Of a DNA stretch of 64,000 nucleotides, positions 49,795 through 59,533 are shown one piece after another. The notes under the pieces were generated by a model. That model made no database searches and was not told where the DNA came from. It saw only the letters and a program-made list of their open reading frames with translations. Where the stretch lies: NCBI GenBank assembly GCA_963675665.1, contig OY776510.1, forward strand, positions 3,200,001-3,264,000. Direction: 5' to 3'. The DNA is from Spirochaetia bacterium (GTDB lineage Bacteria > Spirochaetota > Spirochaetia > UBA9216). The position numbers and the translations under genes are program-made. Within the stretch, counting starts at the first letter, position 1. Every line of letters starts with the position of its first letter.

Positions 49795-51561
49795 ATGCGT
49801 TTTTTTAAAGCAATTATCTCTGCGGCAGTGGTTTTATTTATCTTGTCATGTGTTACCGATCAACCGGCAGTCAGAGAGATCCCTGAATATAATGAAAGTC
49901 TGCTTGTAAGGATAGATAAGTTTTTTGAAACCGGTAAACCTGAAATGGTAATCCAGTTATGCAGAGGCGTTGAAGATTCAAGAATTAAATCGCAGAATGA
50001 GCGGGCAATAAATGAAATAGAAAAAAAACTGGACTCGGCTCTTGAGGCTGATGATTATCCTGCTGCGGTTGAAATAATTAAATCCATGAAAGCCGCAGGT
50101 TTGGATGTTGATACCGATGAATATGAATTATATGTAAAGGAAGTTATTTTACGCATTAATAATGATGACATTACACCGGCGCTGGCGATTTTTCAGAATC
50201 AGATTATTAATAAAAACATCAAAGTTAAATTAACTGAAGATGAAGCGGGGACGCTGCTTGATGCTGCAATAAAAAACAAAAGCAAGGTGATTATAAAATA
50301 TATATTTGATAATTTTCCGCGGAATGTTCTGGAAAGAACCGAAGAAATCAAGGAGATTGCCGAAAATACCCCTGATAAAGAGGAACTTATTAGCGGTACC
50401 GTAACTATATGGGTAAACCGCGGAATAAAAATCGAGAAGGGAGTAGGATATCCCGACAGGGTAATCGGAAGCGGTTTTTATATAGACCCGAGGGGTTTTA
50501 TACTGACGAATTACCATGTTATCGCAAGTGAAGTAGATTCCGAATATGAAGGTTATTCGCGGCTTTATATTAAATATGATCCCAATGAAGAAAAAATTCC
50601 TGCAAGAGTAATAGGCTGGGATGCTTCCCTTGATATAGCTCTTCTGAAAGTTGAATATAATCCTGAATACTTTTATACCTTTCCGCAACAGAAGGTATTC
50701 AGACCAGGAGAAAAAATCTATGCAATAGGCTCTCCGGGAGGTCTTGAAAACACTATTACATCAGGAATAATTTCGGCCTCCGGCAACAGAAGGCTTCTGC
50801 CTGTCGGGGACACAATTCAGGTTGATGTTCCCATAAACGCGGGAAACAGCGGCGGACCGGTTGTGGATGAATACGGAAATCTTGTCGGAGTTGTTTTTGC
50901 AGGAATCGAACAGTTTGAAGGCGTTAATTTTATTATTCCGGTTAAGTGGATCCTGAAAAGCCTGCCTGAATTATATGAAGAAGGGCGAAATCGGCAGTCA
51001 TGGCTGGGTATGACTGTACATGAGGATAATACCGGTCTTGAGATTATGTATCTCATGCCGGGAACTTCGGGTTTCAATTCCGAGATTAAACCCAGGGATG
51101 AAATAATAAGCATTGACGGAATTGCTGTTAAAAAAATCACGGAAGCCCAGGAAATCATACAGGACAAGAAACCTGGAACATTGATTAATATCATGGTCAG
51201 GGAAAATGAAGAATTAAAAAATGTATTGTTGATTGTTGAAGAAAGAGAAGACATGCCGATGCGAAAAGCGCTGGATCTTGACAGCAGAAAAAACCTGCTG
51301 ACACCGTTCCTCGGTATGGCAGTCGATAAGGGAGATGAAAAACTGCTTGGACAGCAATATATTGTAAAGAAAGTATACAGGGGAACTTCGGCCGATGAAA
51401 CGGGGCTTTCTGTTGATGATCCTTTTTCAATTGTAAGCTGGAACGTAGACGATGAAAATGACGTTTTAATTATCGGGATAAGAATAAAAAAGCGTAAAGC
51501 AGGTTTTCTTGAAACAGTAATACAGATGGGGAACTATATCGATATAAACAATACAATATGA
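49795..51561 (+). CDS. Trypsin-like serine protease lipoprotein with PDZ domain
   Basis: Lipobox LSC, TNYHVI, DIALL, INAGNSGGP, PDZ. Confidence 0.88.
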   Translation: MRFFKAIISAAVVLFILSCVTDQPAVREIPEYNESLLVRIDKFFETGKPEMVIQLCRGVEDSRIKSQNERAINEIEKKLDSALEADDYPAAVEIIKSMKAAGLDVDTDEYELYVKEVILRINNDDITPALAIFQNQIINKNIKVKLTEDEAGTLLDAAIKNKSKVIIKYIFDNFPRNVLERTEEIKEIAENTPDKEELISGTVTIWVNRGIKIEKGVGYPDRVIGSGFYIDPRGFILTNYHVIASEVDSEYEGYSRLYIKYDPNEEKIPARVIGWDASLDIALLKVEYNPEYFYTFPQQKVFRPGEKIYAIGSPGGLENTITSGIISASGNRRLLPVGDTIQVDVPINAGNSGGPVVDEYGNLVGVVFAGIEQFEGVNFIIPVKWILKSLPELYEEGRNRQSWLGMTVHEDNTGLEIMYLMPGTSGFNSEIKPRDEIISIDGIAVKKITEAQEIIQDKKPGTLINIMVRENEELKNVLLIVEEREDMPMRKALDLDSRKNLLTPFLGMAVDKGDEKLLGQQYIVKKVYRGTSADETGLSVDDPFSIVSWNVDDENDVLIIGIRIKKRKAGFLETVIQMGNYIDINNTI

Positions 51562-53327
51562 AAAAGAATAAAGTATTAATTGTAGAAGATGAAGGAATTA
51601 TCTCTATTGATATGGCTAACAGTCTGGAATCGCTCGGTTACGAAGTTGTAGACGCGCTGCCTACAGGCGAGGAAGCCCTGAAAGTCCTTGATACAGTTAA
51701 ACCCGATCTTGTTCTTATGGATATTCAGCTGGCAGGCGAACTGGACGGAATTCAGACAGCCGAAAAAATAAACAGTCGTTATGACATTCCGATAATATAT
51801 ATTTCAGGTCATACGGATGAGCTGACACTTTCAAGAGCAAAGATAACAGGCCCTTACGGTTATATTACAAAATCATTTAATTATAATGAGCTGCATACTA
51901 CAATTGACATGGCTATTTACAAGAACCGAATGCAAAAAAAGGTTGTTGAAAATGAATATCTGCTGAACACCACGCTTGAGAATATTGAAGATGCCGTAAT
52001 AAATATCGATAACGAAGGATATATACAGTACCTGAATACGGCCGCTTCCGAGCTTCTTAATATTTCAAAGATTCAGGCTTACCAGTTAAAGATCGACAGG
52101 ATCGGAATAAAATGGGTGCAAGCCGATGGAAAAGATCTTCAGCATCCTTTTCAAAAGAAAAGAAAGAATAAGAAAGCGAAATCCGAATATAGTTTGATAA
52201 ATACAGCATCAGGTTTAGTAACTTCTGTAGAATGCTCAATAAACATCCTTCTGGATTCATCAAGAAACATAAAAGGTTATGTTTATCTGATACAGAATAT
52301 TGAAGAACGAAAAAAGATAGCTGCAATAAAATCAAGGCTTGCTTCTATAGTAGAATCGTCTCAGGACGCCATAATCGGCATTGATATTAACGGCGTTATA
52401 AACAGCTGGAACCGCGGTGCTGAAGATATTCTCGGTTATTCCGTTGATGAAGTATTGGGCCAGAATATAAGTATGCTGACGCCTCCGAATATACCTAACG
52501 AGCTTCCTGAAAAGATAGATCTTCTGAAATCCGGAAAGACTGTAGAACATTACGAAAGTGCAAGGCTAAGAAAAAGCGGAGAACTTATAGAAATGTCTAT
52601 TCTGCCTTCGCCGATATTAAATGCAAAAGGTATAATGACCGGAATTTCTTTCATAGCCAGGAATATTACCGAAAAGAAGAACCTTGAAAAAGAAGTGATC
52701 GAAATCGGAGAAAAAGAGAGGGAAAGAATAGGACGGGATTTACACGACAGTCTTGGCCAGGAACTGACCGGTATTCTGCTGAATATAAAAACAATAGAGA
52801 ATATTACAAAGAATAAACTGGCTGATGAGGAACTATCACAGATAAAGTATACGCAGGAAATGATTAAATCAGCTATTGAGAAAACAAGAACAATGGCAAA
52901 AAATATGATTCCTGTTAAGCTGCAAACGGAAGGTCTGCCTCATGCACTGGAAGATCTCGCCAATTTTGCCAGAACAGTATATAAAAAAAATGTAATAACA
53001 AGGATTGACGATAGAATCAGCAGCATGAATATCATTACGGAAACACAACTTTATCATATTGCACAGGAAGCCGTAAACAATTCAATAAAACACAGCGGTA
53101 CTGATATGATAAGTATTTCCCTTAATGTCCTTCAGTCGGAGATGGTTCTTTCGGTAAAGGACAACGGCTGTGGTTTCAGGCAGGAAAAAGGTGAAGGTAT
53201 CGGGATAAATATCATGAAGTACAGGGCTAATCTTGTAAGCGGGACATTATCTGTTCATAGCGAAGAAAATGAAGGAACACTGATATTGTGCAGGGTGCCG
53301 CTTCCGTCGTTGGAGAAGTCAAAATGA
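51558..53327 (+). CDS. REC-PAS-PAS-HisKA_3 histidine kinase
   Basis: N-terminal receiver (VEDE...MDIQL), two PAS domains, RDLHDSLGQEL, QEAVNNSIKH, DNGCGF. Confidence 0.9.
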   Translation: MKKNKVLIVEDEGIISIDMANSLESLGYEVVDALPTGEEALKVLDTVKPDLVLMDIQLAGELDGIQTAEKINSRYDIPIIYISGHTDELTLSRAKITGPYGYITKSFNYNELHTTIDMAIYKNRMQKKVVENEYLLNTTLENIEDAVINIDNEGYIQYLNTAASELLNISKIQAYQLKIDRIGIKWVQADGKDLQHPFQKKRKNKKAKSEYSLINTASGLVTSVECSINILLDSSRNIKGYVYLIQNIEERKKIAAIKSRLASIVESSQDAIIGIDINGVINSWNRGAEDILGYSVDEVLGQNISMLTPPNIPNELPEKIDLLKSGKTVEHYESARLRKSGELIEMSILPSPILNAKGIMTGISFIARNITEKKNLEKEVIEIGEKERERIGRDLHDSLGQELTGILLNIKTIENITKNKLADEELSQIKYTQEMIKSAIEKTRTMAKNMIPVKLQTEGLPHALEDLANFARTVYKKNVITRIDDRISSMNIITETQLYHIAQEAVNNSIKHSGTDMISISLNVLQSEMVLSVKDNGCGFRQEKGEGIGINIMKYRANLVSGTLSVHSEENEGTLILCRVPLPSLEKSK

Positions 53328-53980
53328 ATATTAAAAAGATCGTGATCGTAGATGATCACCCGATTGTACGAGACGGGTTCGAAAAGCTGATAAACAGTGA
53401 GGATGACTTTACTGTTGTCGGAACGGCCGAAGACGCGTCGGAAGCAATAGAATTGATCTCGAAATTTAACCCTGATGTTGCAATGATTGATCTTTCTCTT
53501 AAAGAGAGCAGCGGAATTGAACTGATAAAGGATATTCAGATATGCAGTCCCGATGTAAGAATTCTTGTTGTATCGCTGCATGATGAAGAAATATATGCGG
53601 AAAGAGTGTTGAGGGCCGGGGCAAAGGGTTTTATCATGAAGGCTGAAGCTGTTGATGATATTATAACTGCCGTAAGAAAAGTTGCCGGCGGTGAAATTTA
53701 TCTCAGTCACAAGATGCAGTCGAGAATGATTGAAATGATGGCTTCAGGAAAAAAGAACCGAAATCTTAATCCGGTAGATATTCTTAGCGACAGGGAACTT
53801 GAAGTATTTCAGATGATCGGCAACGGGATGAAAACCAGGCATATAGCGGATCAGCTTAAACTAAGCGTAAAGACAATCGAAACATACAAATCCCATCTTA
53901 AGCTCAAACTTCAGCTTAAAGACAGTGTTGAACTGATACAAAGAGCTGTTGAATGGGAGATGAAGCAGAACGTCCGTTAA
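53324..53980 (+). CDS. NarL/LuxR-family response regulator
   Basis: VDDHPIVR, LSDRELEVF, LSVKTIETY. Confidence 0.93.
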   Translation: MNIKKIVIVDDHPIVRDGFEKLINSEDDFTVVGTAEDASEAIELISKFNPDVAMIDLSLKESSGIELIKDIQICSPDVRILVVSLHDEEIYAERVLRAGAKGFIMKAEAVDDIITAVRKVAGGEIYLSHKMQSRMIEMMASGKKNRNLNPVDILSDRELEVFQMIGNGMKTRHIADQLKLSVKTIETYKSHLKLKLQLKDSVELIQRAVEWEMKQNVR

Positions 53981-54036
53981 GGTTGATCTAAGCCGTTAAA
54001 TAGTTATAATATCGCATATTGGAGAATCACGAATAA

Positions 54037-55839
54037 ATGAGTACACCCGAGAAGATAAGAAATTTCTGTATAATTGCGCATATAGATCATGGCAAGTCGA
54101 CTCTTGCGGACAGGTTTATTGAAAAAGCAATGATAATATCCCAGCGGGATTATAAAGACCAGATCCTCGACAGCATGGATATTGAGCGGGAACGGGGAAT
54201 AACCATAAAATCACAGGCTGTGACAATACCGTATAAAGCGGAAGACGGAACTGATTATACACTTAATCTTGTAGATACTCCGGGTCATGTGGATTTTGCA
54301 TATGAAGTTTCAAGGGCAATATCATCCTGTGAAGGAGCTCTGCTGTTGATAGACGCAAGTCAGGGTGTTGAGGCGCAGACCCTGGCCAATCTGTATATGG
54401 CAATGGAATATGATCTTGAAATAATACCGGTAATTAACAAAATCGATCTTCCCAGCGCAGATATTGAAATGGTAAAACACCAGATAGATAATGAACTGGG
54501 CCTGGATGCCGAAATGGCCAGTCTTGTCTCTGCAAAAACAGGGCAGGGCGTTGAAGAATTATTCGCCTCAATCGTAACGCATATTCCGGCCCCAAAAGGT
54601 TTGAAAACTGAACCGTTAAAAGCCCTTATTTTTGATTCGCATTATGATCCGTACAGGGGGGTTATTGTACATATCAGGGTGTTCGAAGGGACCCTGAAAA
54701 CAGGCGATGTCATAAAACTCTGGTCTAGCGCTTCAAGTTACAAGGTTGAAGAGACAGGCGTTTTTAAAGTAATTCTAAGTAAAGCGGAAATGTTAACGGC
54801 TGGGGATGTAGGCTATTTTATCGCCGGAATAAAGAATATTTCCGACATCAGGGTAGGCGATACTGTAACCAGCGTTGCGAGACCCTGTACTGAAGCTTTG
54901 CCCGGTTTCAGGGAAGTAAAACCGGTCGTGTTCTCATCAATTTATCCAGTTGATTCAAATGATTATAATGAACTTTTAAGTTCAATGGAAAAATTAAAGC
55001 TTAATGATGCATCTTTGATCTATGAAAAGGATTCATCAGTTGCACTCGGTTTCGGTTTCCGGTGCGGCTTTCTGGGGTTGCTGCACCTTGAGGTTGTCCA
55101 GGAGCGTCTTGAAAGAGAATTCGATCTTTCAATAGTTCTTACGGCTCCTTCGGTAGCATATAAAGTTGAGATGACAACGGGTGAAAAAATCGTAATTGAT
55201 AATCCTTCAGAATACCCGGAAGCAGTAAAGATAGCATCGACGGAAGAGCCGTATATACGTGCTGAAATTATCTGTCCGCAGGAATATATAGGACCGATTA
55301 TCAATCTGTGTCTGGAAAAGCGCGGAGTACAGACCTCTTTAAATTATCTCGATGAAAAGAGAGTTGAGCTTATCTATGAAATGCCGCTAGCCGATGTTTT
55401 GTTTGATTTTTATGATCGGCTGAAATCAGTAAGCAGGGGATATGCCTCTTTTGATTACGAAATGATAGATTACAGATCAACGGATTTGGTTAAACTTGAA
55501 ATATTGATAAACGGAGATAAGGTCGATGCTCTGTCACAGCTTGTCTTTCGTGAGAATGCAGCAGCGAGGGCAAGGCTTGCCTGCAAGAGGTTGAAAGATG
55601 AAATACCTCGGCATCAGTTTAAAATTGCGCTGCAGGGTTCCATAGGTTCACAGATAATTGCAAGAGAGACCATCTCAGCCTTAAGAAAAGATGTTACGGC
55701 AAAATGTTACGGCGGTGATATCTCCAGAAAAAGAAAACTTCTGGAAAAGCAGAAAGAGGGCAAAAAGCGAATGAAGATGGTCGGTAATGTCGAACTTCCG
55801 CAGAAAGCCTTTCTTTCAGTCCTGAAATCAGAAGATTAA
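54037..55839 (+). CDS. lepA: Elongation factor 4
   Basis: IRNFCIIAHIDHGKSTLADR, GFRCGFLGLLH, KCYGGDISRKRKLL. Confidence 0.98.
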   Translation: MSTPEKIRNFCIIAHIDHGKSTLADRFIEKAMIISQRDYKDQILDSMDIERERGITIKSQAVTIPYKAEDGTDYTLNLVDTPGHVDFAYEVSRAISSCEGALLLIDASQGVEAQTLANLYMAMEYDLEIIPVINKIDLPSADIEMVKHQIDNELGLDAEMASLVSAKTGQGVEELFASIVTHIPAPKGLKTEPLKALIFDSHYDPYRGVIVHIRVFEGTLKTGDVIKLWSSASSYKVEETGVFKVILSKAEMLTAGDVGYFIAGIKNISDIRVGDTVTSVARPCTEALPGFREVKPVVFSSIYPVDSNDYNELLSSMEKLKLNDASLIYEKDSSVALGFGFRCGFLGLLHLEVVQERLEREFDLSIVLTAPSVAYKVEMTTGEKIVIDNPSEYPEAVKIASTEEPYIRAEIICPQEYIGPIINLCLEKRGVQTSLNYLDEKRVELIYEMPLADVLFDFYDRLKSVSRGYASFDYEMIDYRSTDLVKLEILINGDKVDALSQLVFRENAAARARLACKRLKDEIPRHQFKIALQGSIGSQIIARETISALRKDVTAKCYGGDISRKRKLLEKQKEGKKRMKMVGNVELPQKAFLSVLKSED

Positions 55840-57455
55840 AGATAACTCAAGGCGTTTAGAATATGATTTCGGAACCAGCTTGCCGAAAAAAGAAATCGTT
55901 TCAAAAAGCTTGGTGATGAGGAAGGCAGCCGGGCAGTGTCGGGAAAGAACAGCCATGTGTAATCAAGGCTAAGCAATTTGGAAGAAATTGTATCGGGCAG
56001 GACGCTGTCATCATCTCTGCAGTTTTGAAATTCAACTACAGAGCTTATGGCTTCATCAATAGATGTTAATTCATCTGCAAGAAAGTTGCGTATGTCATCA
56101 CGATTAAAGTTGTTTTTCGGTGGCGACGACAGTTGTTCTTTGAAACTGCCTTCAGACGGAGCGTTAAGTATTTCGGCGGCTGTTGCCTCCTCCGGTATCT
56201 GCATGGAGATTCCCTGAAGCCCGACTTTTCCGAGATCGTAGATTCGACTGTTAATAGAAACAATAGTATTCAAGGAATCAAGATAAGAACGCATAACCAG
56301 GTCAGTATAAACAAAGCGTCCCGATTTATCGTTAACCTGTTTTCTGTGGCCGTTATATGCTGAATTGAAGAAGCCGGGTTTTCGGGTTCTGTTTTCATTT
56401 ATCATATTTAAAATATGCGTAGGCGAACCTGCAGAATGGTATTTCTCCGGAATGAAAGAGAAATCAAGCCCGGTATAGAGAATATTTTTATCCGTCAGCT
56501 GTAAAGCAATATACAGGGCTGATATTCCGACCGATCCCAAAGGCGGAATAACGGAAGGAAGAAGATTGCGTTGTCCGAGAAGTTTAAAGATCCCGGATTT
56601 CTGGAATTCGGAAACAAAAAAATATTTCTTTCCGCGATATTTTCGGATAAGTTCGGGTGAAGAAGTTAAATCGAAAGCAGCGGGCAACGACAGCGCCTGC
56701 GAATTATAGAAATCATAAAGATTTGCATGCTGTGATTCAACGACGATAACAAGATCAGGTTTTATTTCGTTTTCAAGCAGTGTCGTTATTGCAGTATCCG
56801 CGGCGGCAAGAAAGAAATCTTTCCGGTGTTCTTTCAGAAATGCGATGCTGTACTCAAGTGATTCGCCGGCACCGGCAATAATAACGGGATTGTCGGTTTT
56901 AAGAAATGCCAGGTTATTTGAATCCAATAATAAAGGCAAATTGAGTAAAATATTACGGCACCAAAGTCTTCCCATATGGATAGTAGTCATCCTGTTTTTC
57001 CAGAAAGACTGAAGCAGGGATTCCGAATCTCTCAAAAAATTATCATATTCCTTTCTGTAAAGCATGTATCCATGATTTAACTTTACCGGGATTATCTTTC
57101 GGTATTTCATAAATTGCAGATCATTAAAAAATTGCTTGCAGCAGAAGTCCTTAATACAATAATAGGGGATTTTTGAAAGAAGGCGGTCGTCGGCATTTTC
57201 AAGCGTAAACCTGTATAGGGCAGGGCTATATTCAAAAGCAATAACCGTAGAATCATCATTGATAAATTCGAGAAGCTTTTCAACGCCGTAGAAAAGCAAA
57301 GGCGAAAAAATAAAATATATTGTCTGAGATGTTCGAGGAAGCCCCTCAACGCGTTTTTCCGGCGTTGAGGTTTCATTGTAAAGAAGCCTTCCTTTGAACC
57401 TTATGTTGGGCTTCTGTGAGCCTTGTACAAGTTCAACGGACGGCTTTGCATTCAT
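55836..57455 (-). CDS. MAF/DUF115 (motility-associated factor glycosyltransferase / MptE-like) family protein
   Basis: IAGAGESL, AADTA...IKPDLV, GSVG, TGLDFSF. Confidence 0.75.
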   Translation of the reverse strand: MNAKPSVELVQGSQKPNIRFKGRLLYNETSTPEKRVEGLPRTSQTIYFIFSPLLFYGVEKLLEFINDDSTVIAFEYSPALYRFTLENADDRLLSKIPYYCIKDFCCKQFFNDLQFMKYRKIIPVKLNHGYMLYRKEYDNFLRDSESLLQSFWKNRMTTIHMGRLWCRNILLNLPLLLDSNNLAFLKTDNPVIIAGAGESLEYSIAFLKEHRKDFFLAAADTAITTLLENEIKPDLVIVVESQHANLYDFYNSQALSLPAAFDLTSSPELIRKYRGKKYFFVSEFQKSGIFKLLGQRNLLPSVIPPLGSVGISALYIALQLTDKNILYTGLDFSFIPEKYHSAGSPTHILNMINENRTRKPGFFNSAYNGHRKQVNDKSGRFVYTDLVMRSYLDSLNTIVSINSRIYDLGKVGLQGISMQIPEEATAAEILNAPSEGSFKEQLSSPPKNNFNRDDIRNFLADELTSIDEAISSVVEFQNCRDDDSVLPDTISSKLLSLDYTWLFFPDTARLPSSSPSFLKRFLFSASWFRNHILNALSYL

Positions 57456-57458
57456 CAG

Positions 57459-59012
57459 TTAATTTGAATTGAAAATCCTGGAAAAAACGTTTGTAAAATT
57501 ATCATCGAATTTTTCCGACTGAAAAACAAACTCCTGGTGTTGTCTTCCAAACCAATCCTGTGCGGCATATGCTACAAGAGAAGGAATGGATTCAAGTCCT
57601 TCAGCAGTATCTTTCCGGTTTTTTTCCAAAAGCTGTACAACGAGTACTTTATCGTTAAGAATAAGTGCTTCGGAAATATCGTTGAGTTCAAGTTGATTTA
57701 TACTTTTAAGAAAAAACTCATTGCCGGATGCTGCGGAAAAACTGTCATCATTTTCTGAAGAAGGCTGTGTGAAAATAGGAATGCTCTGGTTATAGTAATA
57801 AACAGAAGGATTTCCGTATATTATCGGAAAAGAATTGGTTTCATAAACGTTTATTCCGGTAGCGGAGGCCGCTTCATCAAAACCTTCGCTATTGGCGAAT
57901 TCAGCGAAATTATCTGCCTTTTCAACAAGGAAGTCCTCAATATCGCCCTTTGCATATCTTTCCATGTAGCTTTTAACCGTTTCAAGAGATGATTCCTTTG
58001 ACATATCAGCATACTCTGAGGGACTGTCGCAACGGTAAATAACCCAGTTGTCGTCACCTTCTATAATATCGCTTATTTCTCCGGTTCCGAGAGCAAAAAT
58101 AGCATCAAGAGCTTCATTATCGCTTATTAGATTTTTAAGTTCGTAATAATACCTGGTCCCCATTTCACCGCCTTTATCGGCATAAGGATCAGTTGACTGT
58201 GTTTTCGCAAGTTCAGTAAACATTCCGGGAGTTTCTTCAAGTTTTGCATATATTTGCTCTGCATCATCAAGACCTGAGTTCACTGTAATTTTACTGATAC
58301 TAACAGACCGGAATAAATCGGCATTCTTTGTGCCGTATTCTTTAATTTTATCATTAGGGAATTCGCTGTAAGCGAAAACCGTATAACGGAATTTTTTCTC
58401 AACCGAAGCAAGATTTTTAAAGAAATCAGCTTCATTGTTGTTCATCAAATTGATGTTGGAATCGGAAATGAATCTGCTGTAGTATAAATCTTCTTCATAG
58501 CGGTCTCTTATATATTTCTTTTCCGTGTTGGAACTCTGAGCATAAAGATTTTCGCTGAATTCACCGTTCTCCATATATGGTCCGTATAAAACGATTGCTT
58601 CATCTACTGCTTCGCTCGAAACCCTTACGCCACTGTTTTTCAGTTCTTTGATAGCTGCAGTTCTGTAAACTGCGTTATTGTACGCAGATCGCCATACCTG
58701 GAACTGAATAAACTGTGCATTTACATCTGTCATAGAATCACGATAATTTTCAGCAATACTGTTTACCTGATCGGCAAAAAAAGAACCTTCATAATAAGTA
58801 ATTTCTTCGCCGTCATAGGAACCGAAAACAAGTCGGTTGCCGGAACTGACTTTACCTGCTACAGGAGCACCTACAAAAGTAATTATAATTACTAAAAGGA
58901 TAATAATTGAAACAACCCACATTACAGGATTATTTTTACGTTTTTTTTCTAAAATCTCTATATTTTCATTTGATAGCTTAGTATTTTTACGTCGCTGGTT
59001 TCTAGATGCCAT
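57459..59012 (-). CDS. Membrane-anchored SurA/PpiD-like peptidyl-prolyl isomerase
   Basis: TM anchor, FGSYDG..I.Y, parvulin motif FTELAKTQSTD..ADKGGEMG. Confidence 0.82.
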   Translation of the reverse strand: MASRNQRRKNTKLSNENIEILEKKRKNNPVMWVVSIIILLVIIITFVGAPVAGKVSSGNRLVFGSYDGEEITYYEGSFFADQVNSIAENYRDSMTDVNAQFIQFQVWRSAYNNAVYRTAAIKELKNSGVRVSSEAVDEAIVLYGPYMENGEFSENLYAQSSNTEKKYIRDRYEEDLYYSRFISDSNINLMNNNEADFFKNLASVEKKFRYTVFAYSEFPNDKIKEYGTKNADLFRSVSISKITVNSGLDDAEQIYAKLEETPGMFTELAKTQSTDPYADKGGEMGTRYYYELKNLISDNEALDAIFALGTGEISDIIEGDDNWVIYRCDSPSEYADMSKESSLETVKSYMERYAKGDIEDFLVEKADNFAEFANSEGFDEAASATGINVYETNSFPIIYGNPSVYYYNQSIPIFTQPSSENDDSFSAASGNEFFLKSINQLELNDISEALILNDKVLVVQLLEKNRKDTAEGLESIPSLVAYAAQDWFGRQHQEFVFQSEKFDDNFTNVFSRIFNSN

Positions 59013-59054
59013 TACGAAATCCTCGGTAAGTAAGTTGTAAAATTCTGACAGCAA

Positions 59055-59083
59055 ACACTATCATGTGACGTTATTTCTGTCAA
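59055..59083 (-). promoter_or_regulatory. Sigma70 promoter for the ppiD-like gene
   Basis: TTGACA-N17-TAGTGT. Confidence 0.55.
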
Positions 59084-59164
59084 CGGAGAGAGTTGAACGA
59101 TTGATTGAAACAGGCTCCCGCCATAAGTTATTTTGTCACTTTTACCGAAAAATTTCGATCCTGC

Positions 59165-59180
59165 TGGTTCAAATCCACTC
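59165..59180 (+). repeat. Inverted 16-nt copy of the tRNA-Pro T-arm region
   Basis: TGGTTCAAATCCACTC is the exact reverse complement of 59237-59252. Confidence 0.85.
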
Positions 59181-59185
59181 GCCAA

Positions 59186-59226
59186 AGAAAAAAAAGACTA
59201 TTCCGGATGAACCGGAATAGTCTTTT
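59186..59226 (-). terminator. Intrinsic terminator after tRNA-Pro
   Basis: AAAAGACTATTCCGG-ATGAA-CCGGAATAGTCTTTT, with U-tract on the minus strand. Confidence 0.85.
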
Positions 59227-59229
59227 CAA

Positions 59230-59301
59230 TCGGGCTGAGTGGATTTGAACCACCGGCCTCGCCGTCCCGAACGGCGCGCGCTCCCCCTGCGCCACAGCCC
59301 G
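59230..59301 (-). tRNA. tRNA-Pro (CGG)
   Basis: CGGGCTG/CAGCCCG acceptor stem, CGCCG-TT-CGG-GA-CGGCG anticodon arm, GGTTCAAATCC. Confidence 0.95.
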
Positions 59302-59311
59302 AATTGTAAAT

Positions 59312-59347
59312 AAAATAAAAGGCCCTTGAAACAGCAGTTTCAAGGGC
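59312..59347 (-). terminator. Terminator-like hairpin between tRNA-Asp and tRNA-Pro
   Basis: GCCCTTGAAAC-4nt-GTTTCAAGGGC followed on the minus strand by CTTTTATTTT. Confidence 0.65.
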
Positions 59348-59352
59348 AGTGT

Positions 59353-59426
59353 CGGGAGCGACGGGGATTGAACCCGCGATCTCCGGCTTGACAGGCCGGC
59401 GCGATAACCGACTTCGCCACGCCCCC
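59353..59426 (-). tRNA. tRNA-Asp (GTC)
   Basis: GGGGGCG/CGCTCCC acceptor stem, CCGGC-CT-GTC-AA-GCCGG anticodon arm, GGTTCAATCC. Confidence 0.95.
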
Positions 59427-59439
59427 TTAAGGTAGCTGT

Positions 59440-59468
59440 AATATATAGGACAACAAAAAAACTGTCAA
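59440..59468 (-). promoter_or_regulatory. Sigma70 promoter of tRNA-Asp
   Basis: TTGACA-N17-TATATT. Confidence 0.7.
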
Positions 59469-59533
59469 TAAGTAATGAAAATTATTTTTAACGTTTTTAG
59501 TTTAAAGGATATGACGCCGAATATGAAAATACG

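Noticed and set aside
59128-59343. 71-aa minus-strand ORF
   Set aside because: It runs through tRNA-Pro and its terminator.
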